Below, one piece after another: positions 12,891 to 27,100 of a DNA stretch of 64,000 nucleotides. Made by a program: the position numbers and the translations under genes. Where the stretch lies: contig OZ024758.1 of the NCBI GenBank assembly GCA_964016885.1, positions 38,564,001 to 38,628,000 on the forward strand, given 5' to 3'. The notes under the pieces are model-generated. The model did no database searches and was not told the DNA's origin. It saw nothing but the letters and a program-made list of their open reading frames with translations. This DNA is from Eledone cirrhosa. Lineage: Eukaryota. The stretch's first letter is position 1. Each line of letters opens with the position of its first letter.

Positions 12891-15049
12891 TGGTACTAGC
12901 TGTCAGAAGTAACTACACTGTGGTTGAGAATTCATTTAAGTTCATGGTATTAGCTGTCAGAAGTAACTCCACTGTTGGTGAGAATTCATTTAAGTTCATG
13001 GTACTAGCTGTCAGAAGTAACCCCAATGTTGGTGAGAATTCATTTAAGTCATGGTATTAGCTGTCAGAAGTCACTCCAATGTTGGTGAGAATTCATTTAA
13101 GTTCATGGTATTAGCTGTCAGAAGTCACTCCACTGTTGGTGAGAATTCATTTAAGTTCATGGTACTAGCTGTCAGAAGTAACCCCAATGTTGGTGAGAAT
13201 TCATTTAAGTTCATGGTATTAGCTGTCAGAAGTCACTCCAATGTTGGTGAGAATTCATTTAAGTTCATGGTATTAGCTGTCAGAAGTAACTCCACTGTTG
13301 GTGAGAATTCATTTAAGTTCATGGTATTAGCTGTCAGAAGTAACTCCACTGTTGGTGAGAATTCATTTAAGTTCATGGTATTAGCTGTCAGAAGTAACTC
13401 CACTGTTGGTGAGAATTCATTTAAGTTCATGGTATTAGCTGTCAGAAGGAACTCCAATGTTGGTGAGAATTCATTTAAGTCATGGTACTAGCTGTCAGAA
13501 GTAACTCCACTGTTGGTGAGAATTCATTTAAGTTCATGATATTAGCTGTCAGAAGTAACTCCACTGTTGGTGAGAATTCATTTAAGTTCATGGTACTAGC
13601 TGTCAGAAGTAACCCCAATGTTGGTGAGAATTCATTTAAGTTCATGGTATTAGCTGTCAGAAGTCACTCCAATGTTGGTGAGAATTCATTTAAGTTCATG
13701 GTATTAGCTGTCAGAAGTCACTCCACTGTTGGTGAGAATTCATTTAAGTTCATGGTACTAGCTGTCAGAAGTAACCCCAATGTTGGTGAGAATTCATTTA
13801 AGTTCATGGTATTAGCTGTCAGAAGTAACCGCAATGTTGGTGAGAATTCATTTAAGTTCATGGTATTAGCTGTCAGAAGTCACTCCAATGTTGGTGAGAA
13901 TTCATTTAAGTTCATGGTATTAGCTGTCAGAAGTCACTCCACTGTTGGTGAGAATTCATTTAAGTTCATGGTACTAGCTGTCAGAAGTAACCCCAATGTT
14001 GGTGAGAATTCATTTAAGTTCATGGTATTAGCTGTCAGAAGTCACTCCAATGTTGGTGAGAATTCATTTAAGTTCATGGTATTAGCTGTCAGAAGTAACT
14101 CCACTGTTGGTGAGAATTCATTTAAGTTCATGGTATTAGCTGTCAGAAGTAACTCCACTGTTGGTGAGAATTCATTTAAGTTCATGGTATTAGCTGTCAG
14201 AAGGAACTCCACTGTTGGTGAGAATTCATTTAAGTTCATGGTATTAGCTGTCAGAAGGAACTCCAATGTTGGTGAGAATTCATTTAAGTTCATGGTATTA
14301 GTTCGTCAGAAGTAACTCCACTGTTGGTGAGAATTCATTTAAGTCATGGTATTAGTTGTCAGAAGTAACTCCAATGTTGGTGAGAATTCATTTAAGTCAT
14401 GGTACAAGCTGTCAGAAGTAACTCCAATGTTGGTGAGAATTCATTTAAGTTCATGGTATTAGCTGTCAGAAGGAACTCCACTGTTGGTGAGAATTCATTT
14501 AAGTTCATGGTACTAGCTGTCAGAAGTAACTCCAATGTTGGTGAGAATTCATTTAAGTTCATGGTATTAGCTGTCAGAAGGAACTCCACTGTTGGTGAGA
14601 ATTCATTTAAGTCATGGTATTAGCTGTCAGAAGTAACTCCAATGTTGGTGAGAATTCATTTAAGTTCATGGTATTAGCTGTCAGAAGTAACTCCACTGTT
14701 GGTGAGAATTCATTTAAGTTCATGGTATTAGCTGTCAGAAGGAACTCCAATGTTGGTGAGAATTCATTTAAGTCATGGTACTAGCTGTCAGAAGTAACTC
14801 CACTGTTGGTGAGAATTCATTTAAGTTCATGGTATTAGCTGTCAGAAGGAACGCCACTGTTGGTGAGAATTCATTTAAGTTCATGGTATTAGCTGTCAGA
14901 AGTAACTCCACTGTTGGTGAGAATTCATTTAAGTTCATGGTACTAGCTGTCAGAAGTAACTCCAATGTTGGTGAGAATTCATTTAAGTTCATGGTATTAG
15001 CTGTCAGAAGGAACTCCACTGTTGGTGAGAATTCATTTAAGTTCATGGT

Positions 15050-18000
15050 ATTAGCTGTCAGAAGGAACTCCAATGTTGGTGAGAATTCATTTAAGTCATG
15101 GTACTAGCTGTCAGAAGTAACTCCACTGTTGGTGAGAATTCATTTAAGTTCATGGTATTAGCTGTCAGAAGGAACGCCACTGTTGGTGAGAATTCATTTA
15201 AGTTCATGGTATTAGCTGTCAGAAGTAACTCCACTGTTGGTGAGAATTCATTTAAGTTCATGGTACTAGCTGTCAGAAGTAACTCCAATGTTGGTGAGAA
15301 TTCATTTAAGTTCATGGTATTAGCTGTCAGAAGGAACTCCACTGTTGGTGAGAATTCATTTAAGTCTTGGTATTAGTTGTCAGAAGTAACTCCAATGTTG
15401 GTGAGAATTCATTTAAGTTCATGGTACTAGCTGTCAGAAGTAACTCCACTGTTGGTGAGAATTCATTTAAGTTCGTGGTACTAGCTGTCAGAAGTAACTC
15501 CAATGTTGGTGAGAATTCATTTAAGTTCATGGTATTAGCTGTCAGAAGTAACTCCACTGTTGGTGAGAATTCATTTAAGTTCATGGTACTAGCTGTCAGA
15601 AGTAACTCCACTGTTGGTGAGAATTCATTTAAGTTCATGGTATTAGCTGTCAGAAGTAACTCCACTGTTGGTGAGAATTCATTTAAGTTCATGGTACTAG
15701 CTGTCAGAAGTAACCCCAATGTTGGTGAGAATTCATTTAAGTTCATGGTATTAGCTGTCAGAAGTCACTCCAATGTTGGTGAGAATTCATTTAAGTTCAT
15801 GGTATTAGCTGTCAGAAGTAACTCCACTGTTGGTGAGAATTAATTTAAGTTCATGGTACTAGCTGTCAGAAGTAACCCCAATGTTGGTGAGAATTCATTT
15901 AAGTTCATGGTATTAGCTGTCAGAAGTCACTCCACTGTTGGTGAGAATTCATTTAAGTTCATGGTACTAGCTGTCAGAAGTAACCCCAATGTTGGTGAGA
16001 ATTCATTTAAGTTCATGGTATTAGCTGTCAGAAGTCACTCCAATGTTGGTGAGAATTCATTTAAGTTCATGGTATTAGCTGTCAGAAGTAACTCCACTGT
16101 TGGTGAGAATTCATTTAAGTTCATGGTATTAGCTGTCAGAAGTAACTCCACTGTTGGTGAGAATTCATTTAAGTTCATGGTATTAGCTGTCAGAAGGAAG
16201 TCCACTGTTGGTGAGAATTCATTTAAGTCTTGGTGTTAGTTGTCAGAAGTAACTCCAATGTTGGTGAGAATTCATTTAAGTTCATGGTACTAGCTGTCAG
16301 AAGTAACTCCACTGTTGGTGAGAATTCATTTAAGTTCATGGTATTAGCTGTCAGAAGTAACTCCACTTTTGGTGAGAATTCATTTAAGTTCATGGTATTA
16401 GCTGTCAGAAGTAACTCCACTGTTGGTGAGAATTCATTTAAGTTCATGGTATTAGCTGTCAGAAGGAACTCCAATGTTGGTGAGAATTCATTTAAGTCAT
16501 GGTACTAGCTGTCAGAAGTAACTCCAATGTTGGTGAGAATTCATTTAAGTTCATGGTATTAGCTGTCAGAAGTAACTCCACTGTTGGTGAGAATTCATTT
16601 AAGTTCATGGTATTAGCTGTCAGAAGTAACTCCACTGTTGGTGAGAATTCATTTAAGTTCATGGTATTAGCTGTCAGAAGGAACTCCAATGTTGGTGAGA
16701 ATTCATTTAAGTCATGGTACTAGCTGTCAGAAGTAACTCCACTGTTGGTGAGAATTCATTTAAGTTCATGGTATTAGCTGTCAGAAGGAACGCCACTGTT
16801 GGTGAGAATTCATTTAAGTTCATGGTATTAGCTGTCAGAAGTAACTCCACTGTTGGTGAGAATTCATTTAAGTTCATGGTACTAGCTGTCAGAAGTAACT
16901 CCAATGTTGGTGAGAATTCATTTAAGTTCATGGTATTAGCTGTCAGAAGGAACTCCACTGTTGGTGAGAATTCATTTAAGTCTTGGTATTAGTTGTCAGA
17001 AGTAACTCCAATGTTGGTGAGAATTCATTTAAGTTCATGGTACTAGCTGTCAGAAGTAACTCCACTGTTGGTGAGAATTCATTTAAGTTCATGGTACTAG
17101 CTGTCAGAAGTAACTCCAATGTTGGTGAGAATTCATTTAAGTTCATGGTATTAGCTGTCAGAAGTAACTCCACTGTTGGTGAGAATTCATTTAAGTTCAT
17201 GGTACTAGCTGTCAGAAGTAACTCCACTGTTGGTGAGAATTCATTTAAGTTCATGGTATTAGCTGTCAGAAGTAACTCCACTGTTGGTGAGAATTCATTT
17301 AAGTTCATGGTACTAGCTGTCAGAAGTAACCCCAATGTTGGTGAGAATTCATTTAAGTTCATGGTATTAGCTGTCAGAAGTCACTCCAATGTTGGTGAGA
17401 ATTCATTTAAGTTCATGGTATTAGCTGTCAGAAGTAACTCCACTGTTGGTGAGAATTCATTTAAGTTCATGGTACTAGCTGTCAGAAGTAACCCCAATGT
17501 TGGTGAGAATTCATTTAAGTTCATGGTATTAGCTGTCAGAAGTCACTCCACTGTTGGTGAGAATTCATTTAAGTTCATGGTACTAGCTGTCAGAAGTAAC
17601 CCCAATGTTGGTGAGAATTCATTTAAGTTCATGGTATTAGCTGTCAGAAGTCACTCCAATGTTGGTGAGAATTCATTTAAGTTCATGGTATTAGCTGTCA
17701 GAAGTAACTCCACTGTTGGTGAGAATTCATTTAAGTTCATGGTATTAGCTGTCAGAAGTAACTCCACTGTTGGTGAGAATTCATTTAAGTTCATGGTATT
17801 AGCTGTCAGAAGGAACTCCACTGTTGGTGAGAATTAATTTAAGTCTTGGTGTTAGTTGTCAGAGGTGACTCCAATGTTGGTGAGAATTCATTTAAGTTCA
17901 TGGTACTAGCTGTCAGAAGTAACTCCACTGTTGGTGAGAATTCATTTAAGTTCATGGTATTAGCTGTCAGAAGTAACTCCACTTTTGGTGAGAATTCATT

Positions 18001-18490
18001 TAAGTTCATGGTATTAGCTGTCAGAAGTAACTCCACTGTTGGTGAGAATTCATTTAAGTTCATGGTATTAGCTGTCAGAAGGAACTCCAATGTTGGTGAG
18101 AATTCATTTAAGTCATGGTACTAGCTGTCAGAAGTAACTCCAATGTTGGTGAGAATTCATTTATGTTCATGGTATTAGCTGTCAGAAGTAACTCCACTGT
18201 TGGTGAGAATTCATTTAAGTTCATGGTATTAGCTGTCAGAAGTAACTCCACTGTTGGTGAGAATTCATTTAAGTTCATGGTATTAGCTGTCAGAAGGAAC
18301 TCCAATGTTGGTGAGAATTCATTTAAGTCATGGTACTAGCTGTCAGAAGTAACTCCACTGTTGGTGAGAATTCATTTAAGTTCATGGTATTAGCTGTCAG
18401 AAGGAACGCCACTGTTGGTGAGAATTCATTTAAGTTCATGGTATTAGCTGTCAGAAGTAACTCCACTGTTGGTGAGAATTCATTTAAGTT
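15050..18490. repeat. Tandem duplication with a 1616-bp (30-monomer) period
   Basis: ORF pairs 15098/16714, 15367/16983, 16230/17846, 16499/18115 and 16714/18330 are all offset by 1616. Marker ccacttttggtg at ~16363/~17979. Confidence 0.9.
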
Positions 18491-21400
18491 CATGGTATTA
18501 GCTGTCAGAAGGAACTCCACTGTTGGTGAGAATTCATTTAAGTTCATGGTATTAGCTGTCAGAAGTAACTCCACTGTTGGTGAGAATTCATTTAAGTTCA
18601 TGGTACTAGTTGTCAGAAGTAACTCCACTGTTGGTGAGAATTCATTTAAGTTCATGGTATTAGCTGTCAGAAGTAACTCCACTGTTGGTGAGAATTCATT
18701 TAAGTCATGGTATTAGTTGTCAGAAGTAACTCCAATGTTGGTGAGAATTCATTTAAGTTCATGGTTCTAGCTGTCAGAAGTAACTCCACTGTTGGTGAGA
18801 ATTCATTTAAGTTCATGGTATTAGCTGTCAGAAGTAACTCCACTGTTGGTGAGAATTCATTTAAGTCATGGTATTAGCTGTCAGAAGTAACTCCATTGTT
18901 GGTGAGAATTCATTTAAGTCATGGTACTAGCTGTCAGAAGTAACTCCACTGTTGGTGAGAATTCATTTAAGTTCATGCTATTAGCTGTCAGAAGGAACTC
19001 CACTGTTGGTGAGAATTCATTTAAGTTCATGGTACTAGCTGTCAGAAGTAACTCCACTGTTGGTAAGAATTCATTTAAGTTCATGGTATTAGTTCGTCAG
19101 AAGTAACTCCACTGTTGGTGAGAATTCATTTAAGTCATGGTATTAGTTGTCAGAAGTAACTCCAATGTTGGTGAGAATTCATTTAAGTCATGGTACTAGC
19201 TGTCAGAAGTAACTCCAATGTTGGTGAGAATTCATTTAAGTTCATGGTATTAGCTGTCAGAAGGAACTCCACTGTTGGTGAGAATTCATTTAAGTTCATG
19301 GTACTAGCTGTCAGAAGTAACTCCAATGTTGGTGAGAATTCATTTAAGTTCATGGTATTAGCTGTCAGAAGGAACTCCACTGTTGGTGAGAATTCATTTA
19401 AGTCATGGTATTAGCTGTCAGAAGTAACTCCAATGTTGGTGAGAATTCATTTAAGTTCATGGTATTAGCTGTCAGAAGTAACTCCACTGTTGGTGAGAAT
19501 TCATTTAAGTTCATGGTATTAGCTGTCAGAAGGAACTCCAATGTTGGTGAGAATTCATTTAAGTCATGGTACTAGCTGTCAGAAGTAACTCCACTGTTGG
19601 TGAGAATTCATTTAAGTTCATGGTATTAGCTGTCAGAAGTCACTCCACTGTTGGTGAGAATTCATTTAAGTTCATGGTACTAGCTGTCAGAAGTAACCCC
19701 AATGTTGGTGAGAATTCATTTAAGTTCATGGTATTAGCTGTCAGAAGTCACTCCAATGTTGGTGAGAATTCATTTAAGTTCATGGTATTAGCTGTCAGAA
19801 GTAACTCCACTGTTGGTGAGAATTCATTTAAGTTCATGGTATTAGCTGTCAGAAGTAACTCCACTGTTGGTGAGAATTCATTTAAGTTCATGGTATTAGC
19901 TGTCAGAAGGAACTCCACTGTTGGTGAGAATTCATTTAAGTCTTGGTGTTAGTTGTCAGAAGTAACTCCAATGTTGGTGAGAATTCATTTAAGTTCATGG
20001 TACTAGCTGTCAGAAGTAACTCCACTGTTGGTGAGAATTCATTTAAGTTCATGGTACTAGCTGTCAGAAGTAACTCCAATGTTGGTGAGAATTCATTTAA
20101 GTTCATGGTATTAGCTGTCAGAAGTAACTCCAATGTTGGTGAGAATTCATTTAAGTTCATGGTATTAGCTGTCAGAAGGAACTCCACTGTTGGTGAGAAT
20201 TCATTTAAGTCTTGGTATTAGTTGTCAGAAGTAACTCCAATGTTGGTGAGAATTCATTTAAGTTCATGGTATTAGCTGTCAGAAGTAACTCCACTGTTGG
20301 TGAGAATTCATTTAAGTCATGGTACTAGCTGTCAGAAGTAACTCCACTGTTGGTGAGAATTCATTTAAGTTCATGGTACTAGCTGTCAGAAGTAACTCCA
20401 CTGTTGGTGAGAATTCATTTAAGTTCATGGTACTAGCTGTCAGAAGTAACTCCAATGTTGGTGAGAATTCATTTAAGTTCATGGTATTAGCTGTCAAAAG
20501 TAACTCCAATGTTGGTGAGAATTCATTTAAGTTCATGGTATTAGCTGTCAGAAGTAACTCCACTGTTGGTGAGAATTCATTTAAGTTCATGGTACTAGCT
20601 GTCAGAAGTAACCCCAATGTTGGTGAGAATTCATTTAAGTTCATGGTATTAGCTGTCAGAAGTCACTCCAATGTTGGTGAGAATTCATTTAAGTTCATGG
20701 TATTAGCTGTCAGAAGTAACTCCACTGTTGGTGAGAATTCATTTAAGTTCATGGTATTAGCTGTCAGAAGTAACTCCACTGTTGGTGAGAATTCATTTAA
20801 GTTCATGGTATTAGCTGTCAGAAGTAACTCCACTGTTGGTGAGAATTCATTTAAGTTCATGGTATTAGCTGTCAGAAGGAACTCCACTGTTGGTGAGAAT
20901 TAATTTAAGTCTTGGTGTTAGTTGTCAGAGGTGACTCCAATGTTGGTGAGAATTCATTTAAGTTCATGGTACTAGCTGTCAGAAGTAACTCCACTGTTGG
21001 TGAGAATTCATTTAAGTTCATGGTATTAGCTGTCAGAAGTAACTCCACTTTTGGTGAGAATTCATTTAAGTTCATGGTATTAGCTGTCAGAAGTAACTCC
21101 ACTGTTGGTGAGAATTCATTTAAGTTCATGGTATTAGCTGTCAGAAGGAACTCCAATGTTGGTGAGAATTCATTTAAGTCATGGTACTAGCTGTCAGAAG
21201 TAACTCCAATGTTGGTGAGAATTCATTTATGTTCATGGTATTAGCTGTCAGAAGTAACTCCACTGTTGGTGAGAATTCATTTAAGTTCATGGTATTAGCT
21301 GTCAGAAGTAACTCCACTGTTGGTGAGAATTCATTTAAGTTCATGGTATTAGCTGTCAGAAGGAACTCCAATGTTGGTGAGAATTCATTTAAGTCATGGT

Positions 21401-23930
21401 ACTAGCTGTCAGAAGTAACTCCACTGTTGGTGAGAATTCATTTAAGTTCATGGTATTAGCTGTCAGAAGGAACGCCACTGTTGGTGAGAATTCATTTAAG
21501 TTCATGGTATTAGCTGTCAGAAGTAACTCCACTGTTGGTGAGAATTCATTTAAGTTCATGGTATTAGCTGTCAGAAGGAACTCCACTGTTGGTGAGAATT
21601 CATTTAAGTTCATGGTATTAGCTGTCAGAAGTAACTCCACTGTTGGTGAGAATTCATTTAAGTTCATGGTACTAGTTGTCAGAAGTAACTCCACTGTTGG
21701 TGAGAATTCATTTAAGTTCATGGTATTAGCTGTCAGAAGTAACTCCACTGTTGGTGAGAATTCATTTAAGTCATGGTATTAGTTGTCAGAAGTAACTCCA
21801 ATGTTGGTGAGAATTCATTTAAGTTCATGGTTCTAGCTGTCAGAAGTAACTCCACTGTTGGTGAGAATTCATTTAAGTTCATGGTATTAGCTGTCAGAAG
21901 TAACTCCACTGTTGGTGAGAATTCATTTAAGTCATGGTATTAGCTGTCAGAAGTAACTCCATTGTTGGTGAGAATTCATTTAAGTCATGGTACTAGCTGT
22001 CAGAAGTAACTCCACTGTTGGTGAGAATTCATTTAAGTTCATGGTATTAGCTGTCAGAAGGAACTCCACTGTTGGTGAGAATTCATTTAAGTTCATGGTA
22101 CTAGCTGTCAGAAGTAACTCCACTGTTGGTAAGAATTCATTTAAGTTCATGGTATTAGTTCGTCAGAAGTAACTCCACTGTTGGTGAGAATTCATTTAAG
22201 TCATGGTATTAGTTGTCAGAAGTAACTCCAATGTTGGTGAGAATTCATTTAAGTCATGGTACTAGCTGTCAGAAGTAACTCCAATGTTGGTGAGAATTCA
22301 TTTAAGTTCATGGTATTAGCTGTCAGAAGGAACTCCACTGTTGGTGAGAATTCATTTAAGTTCATGGTACTAGCTGTCAGAAGTAACTCCAATGTTGGTG
22401 AGAATTCATTTAAGTTCATGGTATTAGCTGTCAGAAGGAACTCCACTGTTGGTGAGAATTCATTTAAGTCATGGTATTAGCTGTCAGAAGTAACTCCAAT
22501 GTTGGTGAGAATTCATTTAAGTTCATGGTATTAGCTGTCAGAAGTAACTCCACTGTTGGTGAGAATTCATTTAAGTTCATGGTATTAGCTGTCAGAAGGA
22601 ACTCCAATGTTGGTGAGAATTCATTTAAGTCATGGTACTAGCTGTCAGAAGTAACTCCACTGTTGGTGAGAATACATTTAAGTTCATGGTATTAGCTGTC
22701 AGAAGTCACTCCACTGTTGGTGAGAATTCATTTAAGTTCATGGTACTAGCTGTCAGAAGTAACCCCAATGTTGGTGAGAATTCATTTAAGTTCATGGTAT
22801 TAGCTGTCAGAAGTCACTCCAATGTTGGTGAGAATTCATTTAAGTTCATGGTATTAGCTGTCAGAAGTAACTCCACTGTTGGTGAGAATTCATTTAAGTT
22901 CATGGTATTAGCTGTCAGAAGTAACTCCACTGTTGGTGAGAATTCATTTAAGTTCATGGTATTAGCTGTCAGAAGGAACTCCACTGTTGGTGAGAATTCA
23001 TTTAAGTCTTGGTGTTAGTTGTCAGAAGTAACTCCAATGTTGGTGAGAATTCATTTAAGTTCATGGTACTAGCTGTCAGAAGTAACTCCACTGTTGGTGA
23101 GAATTCATTTAAGTTCATGGTACTAGCTGTCAGAAGTAACTCCAATGTTGGTGAGAATTCATTTAAGTTCATGGTATTAGCTGTCAGAAGTAACTCCAAT
23201 GTTGGTGAGAATTCATTTAAGTTCATGGTATTAGCTGTCAGAAGGAACTCCACTGTTGGTGAGAATTCATTTAAGTCTTGGTATTAGTTGTCAGAAGTAA
23301 CTCCAATGTTGGTGAGAATTCATTTAAGTTCATGGTATTAGCTGTCAGAAGTAACTCCACTGTTGGTGAGAATTCATTTAAGTCATGGTACTAGCTGTCA
23401 GAAGTAACTCCACTGTTGGTGAGAATTCATTTAAGTTCATGGTACTAGCTGTCAGAAGTAACTCCACTGTTGGTGAGAATTCATTTAAGTTCATGGTACT
23501 AGCTGTCAGAAGTAACTCCAATGTTGGTGAGAATTCATTTAAGTTCATGGTATTAGCTGTCAAAAGTAACTCCAATGTTGGTGAGAATTCATTTAAGTTC
23601 ATGGTATTAGCTGTCAGAAGTAACTCCACTGTTGGTGAGAATTCATTTAAGTTCATGGTACTAGCTGTCAGAAGTAACCCCAATGTTGGTGAGAATTCAT
23701 TTAAGTTCATGGTATTAGCTGTCAGAAGTCACTCCAATGTTGGTGAGAATTCATTTAAGTTCATGGTATTAGCTGTCAGAAGTAACTCCACTGTTGGTGA
23801 GAATTCATTTAAGTTCATGGTATTAGCTGTCAGAAGTAACTCCACTGTTGGTGAGAATTCATTTAAGTTCATGGTATTAGCTGTCAGAAGTAACTCCACT
23901 GTTGGTGAGAATTCATTTAAGTTCATGGTA
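17700..23930. repeat. Tandem duplication with a 3066-bp (57-monomer) period
   Basis: ORF pairs 17846/20912, 18115/21181, 18330/21396, 18921/21987, 19190/22256, 19566/22632, 19943/23009 and 20319/23385. Markers gaattaatttaagtcttggtgttagttgtcagaggtgact (17831/20897) and tttatgttc (~18160/~21226). Confidence 0.93.
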
Positions 23931-24149
23931 TTAGCTGTCAGAAGTCACTCCAATGTTGGTGAGAATTCATTTAAGTTCATGGTATTAGCTGTCAGAAGTA
24001 ACTCCACTGTTGGTGAGAATTCGTTTAAGTTCATGGTATTAGCTGTCAGAAGTAACTCCACTGTTGGTGAGAATTCATTTAAGTTCATGGTACTAGCTGT
24101 CAGAAGTAACTCCAATGTTGGTGAGAATTCATTTAAGTTCATGGTATTA

Positions 24150-27100
24150 GCTGTCAGAAGTAACTCCACTGTTGGTAAGAATTCATTTAAGTTCATGGTA
24201 TTAGTTCGTCAGAAGTAACTCCACTGTTGGTGAGAATTCATTTAAGTCATGGTATTAGTTGTCAGAAGTAACTCCAATGTTGGTGAGAATTCATTTAAGT
24301 CATGGTACTAGCTGTCAGAAGTAACTCCAATGTTGGTGAGAATTCATTTAAGTTCATGGTATTAGCTGTCAGAAGGAACTCCACTGTTGGTGAGAATTCA
24401 TTTAAGTTCATGGTACTAGCTGTCAGAAGTAACTCCAATGTTGGTGAGAATTCATTTAAGTTCATGGTATTAGCTGTCAGAAGGAACTCCACTGTTGGTG
24501 AGAATTCATTTAAGTCATGGTATTAGCTGTCAGAAGTAACTCCAATGTTGGTGAGAATTCATTTAAGTTCATGGTATTAGCTGTCAGAAGTAACTCCACT
24601 GTTGGTGAGAATTCATTTAAGTTCATGGTATTAGCTGTCAGAAGGAACTCCAATGTTGGTGAGAATTCATTTAAGTCATGGTACTAGCTGTCAGAAGTAA
24701 CTCCACTGTTGGTGAGAATTCATTTAAGTTCATGGTATTAGCTGTCAGAAGGAACGCCACTGTTGGTGAGAATTCATTTAAGTTCATGGTATTAGCTGTC
24801 AGAAGTAACTCCACTGTTGGTGAGAATTCATTTAAGTTCATGGTACTAGCTGTCAGAAGTAACTCCAATGTTGGTGAGAATTCATTTAAGTTCATGGTAT
24901 TAGCTGTCAGAAGGAACTCCACTGTTGGTGAGAATTCATTTAAGTCTTGGTATTAGTTGTCAGAAGTAACTCCAATGTTGGTGAGAATTCATTTAAGTTC
25001 ATGGTACTAGCTGTCAGAAGTAACTCCACTGTTGGTGAGAATTCATTTAAGTTCATGGTACTAGCTGTCAGAAGTAACTCCAATGTTGGTGAGAATTCAT
25101 TTAAGTTCATGGTATTAGCTGTCAGAAGTAACTCCACTGTTGGTGAGAATTCATTTAAGTTCATGGTACTAGCTGTCAGAAGTAAGCCCAATGTTGGTGA
25201 GAATTCATTTAAGTTCATGGTATTAGCTGTCAGAAGTCACTCCAATGTTGGTGAGAATTCATTTAAGTTCATGGTATTAGCTGTCAGAAGTAACTCCACT
25301 GTTGGTGAGAATTCATTTAAGTTCATGGTACTAGCTGTCAGAAGTAACCCCAATGTTGGTGAGAATTCATTTAAGTTCATGGTATTAGCTGTCAGAAGTC
25401 ACTCCACTGTTGGTGAGAATTCATTTAAGTTCATGGTACTAGCTGTCAGAAGTAACCCCAATGTTGGTGAGAATTCATTTAAGTTCATGGTATTAGCTGT
25501 CAGAAGTCACTCCAATGTTGGTGAGAATTCATTTAAGTTCATGGTATTAGCTGTCAGAAGTAACTCCACTGTTGGTGAGAATTCATTTAAGTTCATGGTA
25601 TTAGCTGTCAGAAGTAACTCCACTGTTGGTGAGAATTCATTTAAGTTCATGGTATTAGCTGTCAGAAGGAACTCCACTGTTGGTGAGAATTCATTTAAGT
25701 CTTGGTGTTAGTTGTCAGAAGTAACTCCAATGTTGGTGAGAATTCATTTAAGTTCATGGTACTAGCTGTCAGAAGTAACTCCACTGTTGGTGAGAATTCA
25801 TTTAAGTTCATGGTACTAGCTGTCAGAAGTAACTCCAATGTTGGTGAGAATTCATTTAAGTTCATGGTATTAGCTGTCAGAAGTAACTCCAATGTTGGTG
25901 AGAATTCATTTAAGTTCATGGTATTAGCTGTCAGAAGGAACTCCACTGTTGGTGAGAATTCATTTAAGTCTTGGTATTAGTTGTCAGAAGTAACTCCAAT
26001 GTTGGTGAGAATTCATTTAAGTTCATGGTATTAGCTGTCAGAAGTAACTCCACTGTTGGTGAGAATTCATTTAAGTCATGGTACTAGCTGTCAGAAGTAA
26101 CTCCACTGTTGGTGAGAATTCATTTAAGTTCATGGTACTAGCTGTCAAAAATAACTCCACTGTTGGTGAGAATTCATTTAAGTTCATGGTACTAGCTGTC
26201 AGAAGTAACTCCAATGTTGGTGAGAATTCATTTAAGTTCATGGTATTAGCTGTCAGAAGTCACTCCAATGTTGGTGAGAATTCATTTAAGTTCATGGTAT
26301 TAGCTGTCAGAAGTAACTCCACTGTTGGTGAGAATTCATTTAAGTTCATGGTACTAGCTGTCAGAAGTAACCCCAATGTTGGTGAGAATTCATTTAAGTT
26401 CATGGTATTAGCTGTCAGAAGTCACTCCACTGTTGGTGAGAATTCATTTAAGTTCATGGTACTAGCTGTCAGAAGTAACCCCAATGTTGGTGAGAATTCA
26501 TTTAAGTTCATGGTATTAGCTGTCAGAAGTCACTCCAATGTTGGTGAGAATTCATTTAAGTTCATGGTATTAGCTGTCAGAAGTAACTCCACTGTTGGTG
26601 AGAATTCATTTAAGTTCATGGTATTAGCTGTCAGAAGTAACTCCACTGTTGGTGAATATTCATTTAAGTTCATGGTATTAGCTGTCAGAAGGAACTCCAC
26701 TGTTGGTGAGAATTCATTTAAGTCTTGGTGTTAGTTGTCAGAAGTAACTCCAATGTTGGTGAGAATTCATTTAAGTTCATGGTACTAGCTGTCAGAAGTA
26801 ACTCCACTGTTGGTGAGAATTCATTTAAGTTCATGGTACTAGCTGTCAGAAGTAACTCCAATGTTGGTGAGAATTCATTTAAGTTCATGGTATTAGCTGT
26901 CAGAAGTAACTCCAATGTTGGTGAGAATTCATTTAAGTTCATGGTATTAGCTGTCAGAAGGAACTCCACTGTTGGTGAGAATTCATTTAAGTCTTGGTAT
27001 TAGTTGTCAGAAGTAACTCCAATGTTGGTGAGAATTCATTTAAGTTCATGGTATTAGCTGTCAGAAGTAACTCCACTGTTGGTGAGAATTCATTTAAGTC

